Part shown: one piece after another, positions 8,783 through 19,865 of the stretch
How the letters are laid out: each line of letters starts with the position of its first letter
Numbering within the stretch: position 1 is the stretch's first letter
Position numbers and translations under genes: made by a program
From: Parcubacteria group bacterium
GTDB taxonomy: Bacteria; Patescibacteriota; Minisyncoccia; Phycocordibacterales; Phycocordibacteraceae
Length of the DNA stretch: 64,000 bases
Direction of reading: 5' to 3'
NCBI GenBank assembly: GCA_028286605.1
Contig: JAQBRE010000002.1
Location: 326,011-390,010, forward strand
Notes under the pieces: generated by a model
Told to the model about the DNA's origin: nothing
What the model saw: the letters and a program-made list of their open reading frames with translations, nothing else
The model's database searches: none

Positions 8783-10792
8783 CTAAACCCCGATCAGAAC
8801 GGGAATCACCATCGGTGCCTTGTTCGTGCGGTTGAAGAGGTAGCCGCTCACGACATCCGAAAGATTATTCTTTACGTAGTCGAGGTCTACCGGATTCATT
8901 CCCTGCGTGGAATCTTCAACGGTCTTCTTGATGAGCAGGCGTGCCTGATTGAGCAGGTCCTGGCTCTCGCGTAGATATACGAAGCCGCGCGAGATGATGT
9001 CCGGAGATTTGCGAAGCTTGCCGGTCTTCAGGTTAACGGTCGCGATGATGACGAACATGCCATCCTTCGCGAGTGCCTGACGATCACGGATAACCACTTC
9101 CTGCATGTCGCCGATAGCGAAGCCGTCAACGATGAGCGGAGAGGAAGGAACTTTATCCTTGTGAATCTCCATCTTCTCGCCATCGATGATGTCGATAACG
9201 GTACCGTTGTCTGCAACGACGATAGTGTCACGCGGACGTCCAGCCTGTTCCACCGCTTTCGCATGCGAAGCAGTCATAGAATAGTAGCCGTATGCAGGCA
9301 TGAAGAACTTCGCGTTGACCTTCTTGTTGATCCAGATGAGCTCGCCGGTGTTGCCGTGGCCTGTGGAGTGCACGTCGCTCGAGCGGTAATGGATGAGCGT
9401 CACGCCGTTGCGATACAGGTTGTCCTTCAGCGTCTGCACGGAGATCTCGTTTCCTGGAATGACCGAGGAAGAGAGGACGATCGTGTCGCGCGGATTGAGC
9501 TGGATGAACTTGTGCTGCTTCGTCGCGATGCGCATGAGCGCAGCGAACTGCTCGCCCTGGGCGCCGGTCGAAAGGATGACGATCTTATCGGGCGGATAGT
9601 CGGCCATTTCCTGTGCAGGAATGATCGTATCCTTCTTGATATCGATAAGGCCCGTCTTCTGTGCGATCTCGAGGTTCGTCTTGATAGAGCGACCTTCCGT
9701 CACGACTTTCTTTCCGAGCTTCTCGCAGGTCTCGATGATGTGGACCATACGCTCGAACTGCGAAGCGAACGTACCGATGATGAGTCGGCCGTGCACGTTC
9801 TTGATGATGTCTTCGAGAGTCTCGTGCACTTTGCGCTCTGGCATAGAGAAGCCGTCACGTTCAGCGTTCGTAGAGTCCGCGATGAAGAACAGGTTCTTCT
9901 GCGCAGCGAGAACGCCCCAGGTCTTCTCTTCAGCCGGCGTCGGAACGCCGTCATTGTGATCGAGCTTAAGGTCTCCTGTAACGACGACGTTGCCGTACGG
10001 AGTCTCGATAGCGATTCCCATGGAATCAGGAATCGAATGCGTTACGGCGAAGAACTGAACCTTGGTCGAGCCGATGGTCATGGTCTGACCAGCCTGCACG
10101 ACGACGAGGTTCGGCTTCGGTACGTCGGGATACTCTTCCTGACGCTTCGCGATCATCACGGCAGTGAGATTCTGCGTGTAGATCGGCGGATTGCCGAAAC
10201 GATTCATGAGGAACGGGATGCCGCCGATGTGGTCGAGGTGGCCGTGCGTGATGAATACGCCGCGGACGCGGTCTGCATTCTTTTCAAGATATGCGGTGTT
10301 CGGGAGCATGTAGTCCACGCCAGGATTCGCTTCCTCGGAAACGAACTGGAAGCCGACGTCGAAGATGAAGATGTCTCCATTGGTCTCGACGCAGAACATG
10401 TTGCGGCCCACTTCTTCTACGCCGCCGAGCGGAATGATGCGAACGACATTCGATGCCGGTGCGGCAGGAAAGTAGTCGGCAGTTCGCTTGGTGAGAGTCG
10501 GTGCGGGGCGACGCATGCGCATGCGGTCGCGGGATGAACCGTTGCGGCCGCCGGGGCTGCGTGATCCTTGCGGACGAGGTCCGTCGGAACGGGGAGCGCC
10601 TCCTTCGGAACGCTGGCCTTCAGGGCGCGGTCCATCAGGACGAGGTCCTCGTCCTTGGCCGCCACGACGTGAAGGACGGCGCGGACCCATAGATCGGTCG
10701 CCTTCAGTGCGTGCGCCTTCGGGACGCGGTGCGCTCGAACGGTCCTCGTTATTAGAGCGAGGTGCCGGAGCGGGTGCGGGTGCTGATGCCAT
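8783..10792 (-). CDS. rnj: Ribonuclease J with low-complexity N-terminal extension
   Basis: IPLGGVEEVGRN, THGHLDHIGG, HSIPD, DSTN, STGAQGE and HSTGH motifs. Confidence 0.95.
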   Translation of the reverse strand: MASAPAPAPAPRSNNEDRSSAPRPEGARTEGDRSMGPRRPSRRGGQGRGPRPDGPRPEGQRSEGGAPRSDGPRPQGSRSPGGRNGSSRDRMRMRRPAPTLTKRTADYFPAAPASNVVRIIPLGGVEEVGRNMFCVETNGDIFIFDVGFQFVSEEANPGVDYMLPNTAYLEKNADRVRGVFITHGHLDHIGGIPFLMNRFGNPPIYTQNLTAVMIAKRQEEYPDVPKPNLVVVQAGQTMTIGSTKVQFFAVTHSIPDSMGIAIETPYGNVVVTGDLKLDHNDGVPTPAEEKTWGVLAAQKNLFFIADSTNAERDGFSMPERKVHETLEDIIKNVHGRLIIGTFASQFERMVHIIETCEKLGKKVVTEGRSIKTNLEIAQKTGLIDIKKDTIIPAQEMADYPPDKIVILSTGAQGEQFAALMRIATKQHKFIQLNPRDTIVLSSSVIPGNEISVQTLKDNLYRNGVTLIHYRSSDVHSTGHGNTGELIWINKKVNAKFFMPAYGYYSMTASHAKAVEQAGRPRDTIVVADNGTVIDIIDGEKMEIHKDKVPSSPLIVDGFAIGDMQEVVIRDRQALAKDGMFVIIATVNLKTGKLRKSPDIISRGFVYLRESQDLLNQARLLIKKTVEDSTQGMNPVDLDYVKNNLSDVVSGYLFNRTNKAPMVIPVLIGV

Positions 10793-10873
10793 AGTAGTAG
10801 TTTAATTTAGAATAATTGGCGAAATAAACAGTGAGCAGCGGGTGACGCGAGGCGTCCGCCCACTACTTTCTAG

Positions 10874-12523
10874 TTACTTCTTCACGAAGATCGGCCACAC
10901 GAGCTCCTCGTTGCGATACCAGTGCGACACATCGTCGAACCGGTCTGATGGTGCCGCGACGTGATTCAGATGCACGCCACGCAGGCTGGCCGGTATCGCG
11001 TACACGAAGTCTGGCGTGTGCGTGAACGCGGCAGGGTAGTCGTTCGCGATTGTCGTGTTAAGCGTCGCAAGGTCAGTGAGATCAGGCGTCTGCGCGCTGC
11101 GAATCTTTTCGAGCAACGCATCCGTAGTCTTGCTCGAGTAGTCTGCGATGTTCAGGCCCGGGTCTGCGCGCTCCGCCGTATCCCAGAACGCATAGAGGTC
11201 TGGGCTCCGGCCTATGATTTCTCCGAAGAGGAGCGCGCCGTAGGCGCGCGGACGGATAACATTCTGCGTCAAAGAACTCGGATCCTGCAGCTGGATAGTG
11301 GTCGGAACGCCAAGCGCTTGCCAGTCTTTCTGTATCTGCGAAGCGACCGCTTTCAGTTCCGGCACATTGCTCGTGGTGAGCGGTACCGAAAGATTCACGC
11401 CAGCCTTGCTCCACGTTTGCGTACTGGTAGCGAATTTCCATTTTCCCGCTATCAATACCGTGCGCGCATCCGCGATACGCGTGCTTGCGTCAGGAAGTGC
11501 GATAGCGGGAACGCCATTGCCAGGCGGCACAGGACCGTTGATTGGCGTCGCATATCCGCCGAGCGCGTCACTTACGATCGCCTGGCGGTCGATCGCGATA
11601 GAAAGCGCTTCGCGTACGCTCGTGTCTGTAAATAGCGCATTGTTCGCAGGATTGAAGAAGACACCGAAGACTCGATCATACGGCACGCGAAGTGCACTCT
11701 TCGTCGCGACTCCGTACCCACTTTCAACGCTGCCGCTCTTGAGTGCTGCAGCGAGTGATTCCTGGTCTGCAAAGAATACCAGGCGCATGCCGTTCAAGTA
11801 TGCGCGGCTGGGTGCATATCCTTTGAATACGCTGAGATCATACGAAGCGATCGAGCCGTCTTTCGCACGAGCCACGTTCGATACTTCGAATGGCCCTGCC
11901 CCCACTGCATTTACCTGATAGTTCGAGAACGCGAATTCCGAATCTGAAACATTCTTCCATATATGCATAGGAAGAATGCCGAGCGTCGTGTCTTCTAGGA
12001 AGGGTTGATATGCCTTGGGCAGTGTGAAGCGAACCGTACGTGCATCTATCGCTTCTGCACGAATATTCGCCCAGTTCGCCAGCACGGGGCTACGTAACGC
12101 AGGATCTTGTGCCTTCGTAACCGTATACACCACATCGCTTGCTGTTACGGGCGTACCGTCCGAGAACGTCGCATTCGAGCGCAGTATAAAGGTGTACGTC
12201 TTTCCATCGGGCGAAACGGTATAGCTTTGCGCGAGTATAGGTACGAGCGCTCCGGTACTATCGTGGCCCATAAGGCCGGCGAAGGTAAGTGCCGTGAGGT
12301 CGCGGTCTGTATCTGAAATGGCAAGGATCGGGTTCACGAACCGTGGCGCTCCTACGATTCCTTCAGTAAGCGAACCGCCATACGAAGGTTCTGCTATAAG
12401 GAATCGCAATTCAATGCCATAGAGCGCGATAACGCACGCAAGCAGAACCAGTCCGCCAAGAACCTGCGCGATAAGGCGATCACCAGGTGAAAGGGCACGT
12501 AAGTAGCGAAAGGGAGAGGTCAT
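10874..12523 (-). CDS. Family 5 (peptide/nickel) ABC substrate-binding protein
   Basis: N-terminal TM, P.LA.SY.VS.DGKTYTF.LR...FSDG.PVTA.DV.YT, GAGPF and VREALS.AIDR. Confidence 0.9.
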   Translation of the reverse strand: MTSPFRYLRALSPGDRLIAQVLGGLVLLACVIALYGIELRFLIAEPSYGGSLTEGIVGAPRFVNPILAISDTDRDLTALTFAGLMGHDSTGALVPILAQSYTVSPDGKTYTFILRSNATFSDGTPVTASDVVYTVTKAQDPALRSPVLANWANIRAEAIDARTVRFTLPKAYQPFLEDTTLGILPMHIWKNVSDSEFAFSNYQVNAVGAGPFEVSNVARAKDGSIASYDLSVFKGYAPSRAYLNGMRLVFFADQESLAAALKSGSVESGYGVATKSALRVPYDRVFGVFFNPANNALFTDTSVREALSIAIDRQAIVSDALGGYATPINGPVPPGNGVPAIALPDASTRIADARTVLIAGKWKFATSTQTWSKAGVNLSVPLTTSNVPELKAVASQIQKDWQALGVPTTIQLQDPSSLTQNVIRPRAYGALLFGEIIGRSPDLYAFWDTAERADPGLNIADYSSKTTDALLEKIRSAQTPDLTDLATLNTTIANDYPAAFTHTPDFVYAIPASLRGVHLNHVAAPSDRFDDVSHWYRNEELVWPIFVKK

Positions 12524-12573
12524 GCTTTGCACAGAGGACACGGACAAAAGGGAAGCATAGCTTCCCGCCACTC

Positions 12574-12807
12574 TTATCCGAGGATAAATCCTGCTATAGC
12601 ACTGGCTACGAAGAGAATTGCGATGACTATCGTCGCATTGAATAGGAACTTCTCCGCGCCTCGGCGCTTATAGAAAGTCGATGCGAAATTATCACCTCCG
12701 AAGGCGCCCCCGAGGCCGGCACCGCGCTGTTGTAGCACGATACCTACGATTAGGAGCAGGGAGGTGGTGATTTCCGCGTATGGCAATATCGCCGTGAGTG
12801 TCTCCAT
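12574..12807 (-). CDS. secG: Preprotein translocase subunit SecG
   Basis: IVLQQRGAGLGGAFGG...RRGAEKFL and two TM helices. Confidence 0.92.
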   Translation of the reverse strand: METLTAILPYAEITTSLLLIVGIVLQQRGAGLGGAFGGDNFASTFYKRRGAEKFLFNATIVIAILFVASAIAGFILG

Positions 12808-12850
12808 CTGTAGCCCGTAGGGTACCACATCAAGCGGGGTCCGAGCAAGC

Positions 12851-13177
12851 CTAGCGTTCTGGAGTATCAATCGCGACGCTCTTGCTTTCTCCGAGGCTTA
12901 TTGTCTTATCTCCTTCGCGTCCGAGAGAAATCGTTTGCCCTTCCGATGAGGGAACATTAATAGCGTGCGGCGCATCAGCCGAAGTCATGCCAGCCGTTGG
13001 ATTTACGTATTCAGCAGGCATTGTTGAAACAGTGGGCGTTGGAGGATGCTGTAGTCCGTGTGCCATTTCGTCAGCACTATGAACTATTTCTGCTGCGCCT
13101 ATGATTCCTGCCGCAGCGCCAGCAATCATTGCTCCTTCCCTTACGCCTTTCTTCTTAAACAAATTTTCAAAACCCAT
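12851..13177 (-). CDS. Hypothetical protein
   Basis: 108 aa with a Gly/Ala-rich hydrophobic segment and a duplicated TISLG motif. Confidence 0.6.
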   Translation of the reverse strand: MGFENLFKKKGVREGAMIAGAAAGIIGAAEIVHSADEMAHGLQHPPTPTVSTMPAEYVNPTAGMTSADAPHAINVPSSEGQTISLGREGDKTISLGESKSVAIDTPER

Positions 13178-13312
13178 ACAAATGTAATTACGATTATCCA
13201 TTTATGATAACGTCCCACATTTAATTATCGGTCAAGAGGAGGGAAGGGTGGGGATAAGAAAAACCTCCGGAGTGTAAGTCCGGAGGTCCTTTTCTGGAGG
13301 TGGCATGTCGCT

Positions 13313-13726
13313 TTAGTCGGTGCCGCAGCCGCCGACGATCTTGGGTTGGCTGCTCAACACGAAAACTGTTTGGAGCAGGCCAACCATGGCGACAACGCAC
13401 CAGGTGATGCGGAACATGTCCTGCCATCCGTTGAGGTAGAACTCGTTCTGAGTGTGGCTGGTGGTCATGACCCAGCCGGCCCAGATGGCCGTGAAGACTA
13501 GCATGACATTGACCAGGACCATCACCGGCTTCGCCAGAGATCCACGCTCGAGCATGTCCATCAGGAAATAGTTCCTCATGGCGACGCCGCCCAGCGCACA
13601 TACAGTGATGACGCCGGCCGGGAAGATCTCGAAGGAGTTGTCCGAAAGGACACCCCAGCGAACTGCCAGGACGGCGCCGATAAGCAGAGTAGCGAGGCCG
13701 AAACCGAAATGAACACGGTGTTGCAT
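13313..13726 (-). CDS. Hypothetical 4-TM membrane protein (SD-led orphan)
   Basis: 137 aa with its own TTGACA-N18-TATAGT promoter, a GGGAGA SD and a downstream hairpin. Confidence 0.7.
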   Translation of the reverse strand: MQHRVHFGFGLATLLIGAVLAVRWGVLSDNSFEIFPAGVITVCALGGVAMRNYFLMDMLERGSLAKPVMVLVNVMLVFTAIWAGWVMTTSHTQNEFYLNGWQDMFRITWCVVAMVGLLQTVFVLSSQPKIVGGCGTD

Positions 13727-13766
13727 GGCTCGGTTCTCCCAATAGCCGTTGATTTGGACTGGATAT

Positions 13767-13796
13767 ACTATAGCACTATAATTGTGTATTTGTCAA
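13767..13796 (-). promoter_or_regulatory. Sigma70-type promoter
   Basis: TTGACA-N18-TATAGT with a TGn extension. Confidence 0.65.
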
Positions 13797-13845
13797 GTTA
13801 AGCAAATAATGTGACAGGGAAGCAGAAGTACTATTTGGAGATATC

Positions 13846-13875
13846 AAATAATGACCAGATTTCTGGTCATTATTT
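13846..13875. repeat. Palindrome AAATAATGACCAGA-NN-TCTGGTCATTATTT, copy 1
   Basis: Near-identical copy at 56863-56900. Confidence 0.85.
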
Positions 13876-14052
13876 AGAGTTGACGAAATAGAACTATCTA
13901 CGCGTACAGGGCGATAAAACAGCTTTATTTGACGCGTTTCTTGCATCTTCATATACTTAGCCTACCTGTGGATAACTTTTTGAGGCAGGGAAGCGTCTTG
14001 CCTCAGAATCCACGCATTTACAAGCGTTCTTCAACTCCCTAAGAGCGTATTT

Positions 14053-14355
14053 ATGGCTAAAAACAAAGTATCTATTTCACCGCTTGCCGATCGCGTCGTC
14101 GTACAGCCGTTCGCAAAGGAAGAAATCTCTGCTTCAGGCATCATAATTCCTGACACGGCAAAACAAGATAAACCTGAAAGGGGTACGGTTGTCGCAGCTG
14201 GTCCCGGTAAGTTCGAAGACGGTGCTCGCTCCCCTATGACCGTTAAAGTCGGAGATGTCGTCCTGTTCAGCAAGTATGGATATGACGAAGTGAAGATCGA
14301 CGGTCAGGAATACTTTATCTTGGCTGAATCCGCTATCCTCGCGAAAATCGACTAG
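14053..14355 (+). CDS. groES: Co-chaperonin GroES
   Basis: PLADRVVV...SGIIIPDTA...GTVVAAGPG...VKVGDVVLF. Confidence 0.98.
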   Translation: MAKNKVSISPLADRVVVQPFAKEEISASGIIIPDTAKQDKPERGTVVAAGPGKFEDGARSPMTVKVGDVVLFSKYGYDEVKIDGQEYFILAESAILAKID

Positions 14356-14404
14356 CAACTCCCCCATTCAATTCCCTTTTATTTCTTTTCATTTAATCCT
14401 TTAA

Positions 14405-16057
<1,653 letters not shown>

Positions 16058-16094
16058 AAAACTGACTTCCCTGCCAGACGATATATAAAATGAG

Positions 16095-16123
16095 ACCCCG
16101 CCGACCATTCTGGTCGGCGGGGT
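16095..16123 (+). terminator. Hairpin after groEL
   Basis: ACCCCGCCGACCA-TTC-TGGTCGGCGGGGT. Confidence 0.65.
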
Positions 16124-16336
16124 TACTCGTTTGAAATAGTATCTATCGATACCGTACGCCTGAAGTAATCAGGCTGACAATGATAAAGAGCGTTGCAGCG
16201 ATGAATTTTGCAGCATAGACATGCATTAGTATCCCCCTGTTTTTACTTCCATAACAATAAATCCAGAATGCTTCTTTCGCAACGCTTGAACACCTTTGAC
16301 AACGGAGTATACTGACTGCATAACCAATCTATTCCT

Positions 16337-16903
16337 ATGATTACTCTCTACATCGTGCTCGGCATCATTGTCGTTATCGTTCTCTGGGTTATCGCTGCTT
16401 TTAACGGATTCGTCTCGCGCGTTAACCATACGAAGGAAGCACTTGCTGATATCGATGTGCAGTTGAAGCGCCGGTATGACCTCATCCCTAACCTCGTTGA
16501 AACGGTGAAGGGATATGCCGCACACGAATCTGCTGCGTTCGAGAATGTAACCAAGGCTCGCGCGGCAGCCATGGGCGCAAGCTCAGGCACTCCTGCTGAA
16601 AAGGCCGCTGCTGAAAACCAGCTTTCCGGCACACTTAAAACGCTCTTCGCGGTTACGGAAGCGTACCCAGACCTTAAGGCGAATCAGAACTTCCTTCAGC
16701 TTCAGAAAGAGCTTGGCGACACGGAAGACAAGATTCAGGCTGCACGCCGCTTCTACAACACCAACGTTCAGGACCTCAACACTGCACTCCAGTCTTTCCC
16801 TGGAAACATTATCGGTTCTTCGTTCCACTTCCAGAAAATGGATCTCTTCCAGCTCGATGCGACTGATTCTGCTGCTCGCGAACCGGTTAAAGTCAGTTTC
16901 TAG
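16337..16903 (+). CDS. lemA: LemA family protein
   Basis: IDVQLKRRYDLIPNLVETVKGYA and EAYPDLKANQNF. Confidence 0.96.
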   Translation: MITLYIVLGIIVVIVLWVIAAFNGFVSRVNHTKEALADIDVQLKRRYDLIPNLVETVKGYAAHESAAFENVTKARAAAMGASSGTPAEKAAAENQLSGTLKTLFAVTEAYPDLKANQNFLQLQKELGDTEDKIQAARRFYNTNVQDLNTALQSFPGNIIGSSFHFQKMDLFQLDATDSAAREPVKVSF

Positions 16904-16994
16904 GCTGCGTAGAAGCATTCTTCAGATTTTCTTTATCTCGTCTTGATATCTTTTTGAAGGCGAGCAAAAGCTTCGATTGATATACTGACAAGAT

Positions 16995-17273
16995 ATGATT
17001 AAAAAAGAACTCACACTCAAAAAAGACACTAAGAAAGAAAGCGAAATCGCAGCACTGGCTCGTATGGTAGCGAATGGATTTAACCATATGCTCGAAGTGA
17101 TGGACGAAAAATTTGAGGCAGTCGATAAGCGATTCGATAAATTAGAGGATCGCGTGGATATTTTAGAAAATAAAGTTGATGGAATTAGTGACCTTCTCCA
17201 CAGTGTGGTTATGCCGACACTTGAAGCTCACGACGGACGTATTAAACGTATAGAAAAAACAGCATTCGCATAA
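16995..17273 (+). CDS. Small coiled-coil hypothetical protein
   Basis: Heptad pattern KFEAVDKRFDKLEDRVDILENKV. AT-rich, with its own TGATATACT element upstream. Confidence 0.75.
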   Translation: MIKKELTLKKDTKKESEIAALARMVANGFNHMLEVMDEKFEAVDKRFDKLEDRVDILENKVDGISDLLHSVVMPTLEAHDGRIKRIEKTAFA

Positions 17274-17277
17274 AACA

Positions 17278-18189
17278 ATGGCTACCTTATACCAAGAACG
17301 ATCAAGCAATATATGGCGAACGGCATTCCTGATGGCGTTCTTTCTGGCCGTCGTACTTGGAATCGGCTATTTCATAGCGTGGTATTACAATTCACTGGCA
17401 ATCTTGATCGTGGCAGTGATATTTGCGGTGGCAATGAACTTCTGGAGCTACTGGTTCTCTGATTCGACCGTGCTTTCCATGACCGGTGCGAGGCCCGCCT
17501 CCCGCGAAGAATTCTTCGATTTCTATACCGTCACAGAGAATCTTGCCATTACGGCTGGTCTCCCGATGCCGAAGCTATATGTGCTCGACGACCCTTCTCC
17601 CAATGCATTCGCAACCGGGCGCAATGAGAAACACGCTGTTGTTTGTGCAACCAGCGGCTTGCTTGCTATGATGACGCGCCAGGAACTGGAAGGCGTTATC
17701 GGGCACGAGCTTTCGCACGTGAAGAATCGCGACATCCTCGTGATGACGGTTGCCGTGGTTCTTGCAGGATTCTTGGCTATTATCGCTGACATTTTCATAC
17801 GCGTTTCGTTCTGGGGCGGCGGTCGCGGCAATAATGATCGTGGTGGTAACCCTATCGTTCTTATCCTTGGTATCGTCGCGATAATCCTTGCCCCTATCGC
17901 GGCACAGCTCATTCAGCTCGCTATTTCGCGTCGTCGTGAATACCTTGCAGACGAATCGGGCGTATTGCTTACGCGCTATCCCGAAGGGTTGGCCTCGGCG
18001 CTTCAGAAAATCGGTGCGTATGCGCTACCGATGCGCCGCGCTTCGCATGCAACAGCTCATCTATTTATCGGGGACCCGTTCGGTGCTCAGAAGAGCAACT
18101 GGATCAACAATCTGTTCTCTACGCACCCGCCTATCGCAGACCGCGTTCGTCGTTTGCTCGGGCAGGCGTCTGCACCGGCAGCTGAGTAA
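17278..18189 (+). CDS. htpX: Zinc metalloprotease HtpX (M48)
   Basis: PNAFATGRN, HELSH, SRRREYLAD and FSTHPP motifs. Confidence 0.95.
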   Translation: MATLYQERSSNIWRTAFLMAFFLAVVLGIGYFIAWYYNSLAILIVAVIFAVAMNFWSYWFSDSTVLSMTGARPASREEFFDFYTVTENLAITAGLPMPKLYVLDDPSPNAFATGRNEKHAVVCATSGLLAMMTRQELEGVIGHELSHVKNRDILVMTVAVVLAGFLAIIADIFIRVSFWGGGRGNNDRGGNPIVLILGIVAIILAPIAAQLIQLAISRRREYLADESGVLLTRYPEGLASALQKIGAYALPMRRASHATAHLFIGDPFGAQKSNWINNLFSTHPPIADRVRRLLGQASAPAAE

Positions 18190-18213
18190 GATTCGTGCTA
18201 TAACAATCCCACT

Positions 18214-18300
18214 GGAGGCGTCGCATAGTGGTCTAGTGCACCACCTTGGAAAGGTGGCAGACTCGAAAGGGTCTCGAGAGTTCGAATCTCTCCGCCTCCG
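18214..18300 (+). tRNA. tRNA-Ser(GGA)
   Basis: Acceptor GGAGGCG/CGCCTCC, anticodon arm CCACC-TTGGAAA-GGTGG, long variable arm and TTCGAAT T-loop. Confidence 0.95.
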
Positions 18301-18314
18301 CTATTGAGATAGAA

Positions 18315-18349
18315 AAAAGGAATGGCCCGCGAAGCGGGCCATTCCTTTT
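18315..18349. terminator. Bidirectional terminator
   Basis: AAAAGGAATGGCCCGC-GAA-GCGGGCCATTCCTTTT. Confidence 0.75.
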
Positions 18350-18374
18350 ACTCGCAGCGTATTATCTTAGGTAC

Positions 18375-19082
18375 CTACCGCGAAATAAGTGCCACATCTA
18401 TTGCCTTTGCCATGTCTGCGTAGGCCTCTGCACCACTTATAAGCTGTCTGCCGATAACGAACGATGGAGTCGAATTGATTCCAAGGTCGCTACCTTCAGA
18501 ACGATCTGCACTAATGCGCGCCTCATACACCGTCTTATTTGCATTCGTGTCGTTCGTTAGCATAGCGAAATCCATACCTGGAATGCTTTGCGTTACTGAA
18601 CGAATATGAGCAAGGTTAGCATCAGCATTCAGAATATTTTCCTGAGGCTGAGAAGCGTACATTGCCTGGTGCCAGGCACCGAATTTATCCGGGTACATAT
18701 GCCACACCGCACGCGCATAGAGCGCGTCCATATCGGAGTCAGACCCTATGAACTGGAAGTCTTTGAAGACAATACGTATCTTCCCGGTATCCACGTAATT
18801 CTGGATTATTTGAGGAAGTTCCGTAGTGTCGAAGCGACTGCAGAACGGACATTGATAATCAGACCAATACGCCATTGCTATCGGCGCATTCGGATCGCCT
18901 ATAGTTGGCTCGTTCGTGGTGTTAATCTTACTAATTTCAACAGCGACGGATGGATTCGTATTCGGGTTCTTCATCGGTTGTGATGACGGTTCGCCCCGTA
19001 TATACATCACCCCTGCAATGAGAACACCTGCTGCAAGTACTGCGATCGGTGTTGCCACCTTCGCGAGTGCTGATAGATTCAT
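18375..19082 (-). CDS. DsbA/thioredoxin-fold protein
   Basis: N-terminal TM, IGDPNAP...SDYQCPFC and cis-Pro STPSF. Confidence 0.9.
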   Translation of the reverse strand: MNLSALAKVATPIAVLAAGVLIAGVMYIRGEPSSQPMKNPNTNPSVAVEISKINTTNEPTIGDPNAPIAMAYWSDYQCPFCSRFDTTELPQIIQNYVDTGKIRIVFKDFQFIGSDSDMDALYARAVWHMYPDKFGAWHQAMYASQPQENILNADANLAHIRSVTQSIPGMDFAMLTNDTNANKTVYEARISADRSEGSDLGINSTPSFVIGRQLISGAEAYADMAKAIDVALISR

Positions 19083-19125
19083 ATATTTGCATGCTACTAG
19101 TAAGTAATGACTGGAGCGGTATTCA

Positions 19126-19482
19126 CTAGTGCAGCTTTGGATGAAGGATGCCGTCAGAAAATAGTTGTTGCAGCGGGCTTCGCGGAAGATGCGAATCACA
19201 CTGGGGATAGAGCGGACAGAAGTATGAAATGAGCGCCAGAAGTACTATAAAAAGTTCGCTGATGAGCGCAACGAACAAGAGCGCCGCGAGCTGCGGTATG
19301 GAAGAGGCAAGCGCATGCTGCCAGGCGACGACGCTTTCACCAAGATCCTGGCAAAGTGCCGGTGCATTGCCCACGTTTGCGCACGATGCGACACGTGCAG
19401 ACACATCCGCGTGTACTGCAGCGTATCCAGCGAAAATACCGATGATGGCAAGTATGGCAGCGGCAGCAAAGAACCTTCTCAT
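19126..19482 (-). CDS. Hypothetical membrane protein
   Basis: Two hydrophobic segments, several Cys and a C-terminal LFSDGILHPK. Confidence 0.65.
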   Translation of the reverse strand: MRRFFAAAAILAIIGIFAGYAAVHADVSARVASCANVGNAPALCQDLGESVVAWQHALASSIPQLAALLFVALISELFIVLLALISYFCPLYPQCDSHLPRSPLQQLFSDGILHPKLH

Positions 19483-19484
19483 AA

Positions 19485-19817
19485 TTAGCGAGAAACCTTC
19501 GGGTGCCACTGGCTCGTCTTGAGGTCTACTTTCTCTCCGCGGAACTGAACTCCTTCTTTAACGAGGAGCTTCTTTTTCGTAGTGATGCCATCGCCATACG
19601 CGTAGCCAGAGAGTGCTCCGGTTGAACCGACGACGCGGTGGCAGGGAGTCGCCTTCGTATCTTGGTTGTGACTCATGACTGAGCCGACCGCACGTGCAGC
19701 GCCAGGGCGACCGGCAAGTTCCGCGACTTGGCCGTATGTTGCGACTGATCCTTTCGGAATGCTCGCAACGACGGCGTGAACCGTTTTTTGGAAGTTGGTT
19801 TGTGTGCTGTTCTTCAT
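19485..19817 (-). CDS. MGMT-family DNA alkyltransferase (C-terminal domain only)
   Basis: IPKGSVATYGQVA...AARAVG...PCHRVV with the active-site Cys retained. Confidence 0.92.
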   Translation of the reverse strand: MKNSTQTNFQKTVHAVVASIPKGSVATYGQVAELAGRPGAARAVGSVMSHNQDTKATPCHRVVGSTGALSGYAYGDGITTKKKLLVKEGVQFRGEKVDLKTSQWHPKVSR

Positions 19818-19865
19818 CAATTTAGTATATCAAATATGCTTTTATAAAGCTGGTATCATAGGCGT

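Noticed and set aside
9161-10537. Long antisense ORFs (also 57430-58224, 58800-59774, 54720-55583, 27094-27954, 63010-63636)
   Set aside because: They shadow well-supported genes on the other strand, a common effect of GC-rich codon bias, and show no recognisable motifs.
13967-13975. Perfect DnaA box (TGTGGATAA) upstream of groES as a possible origin
   Set aside because: It is a single box with no cluster and no dnaA/dnaN nearby.
13880-14052. CIRCE element upstream of groES
   Set aside because: TTAGCACTC-N9-GAGTGCTAA is not present.
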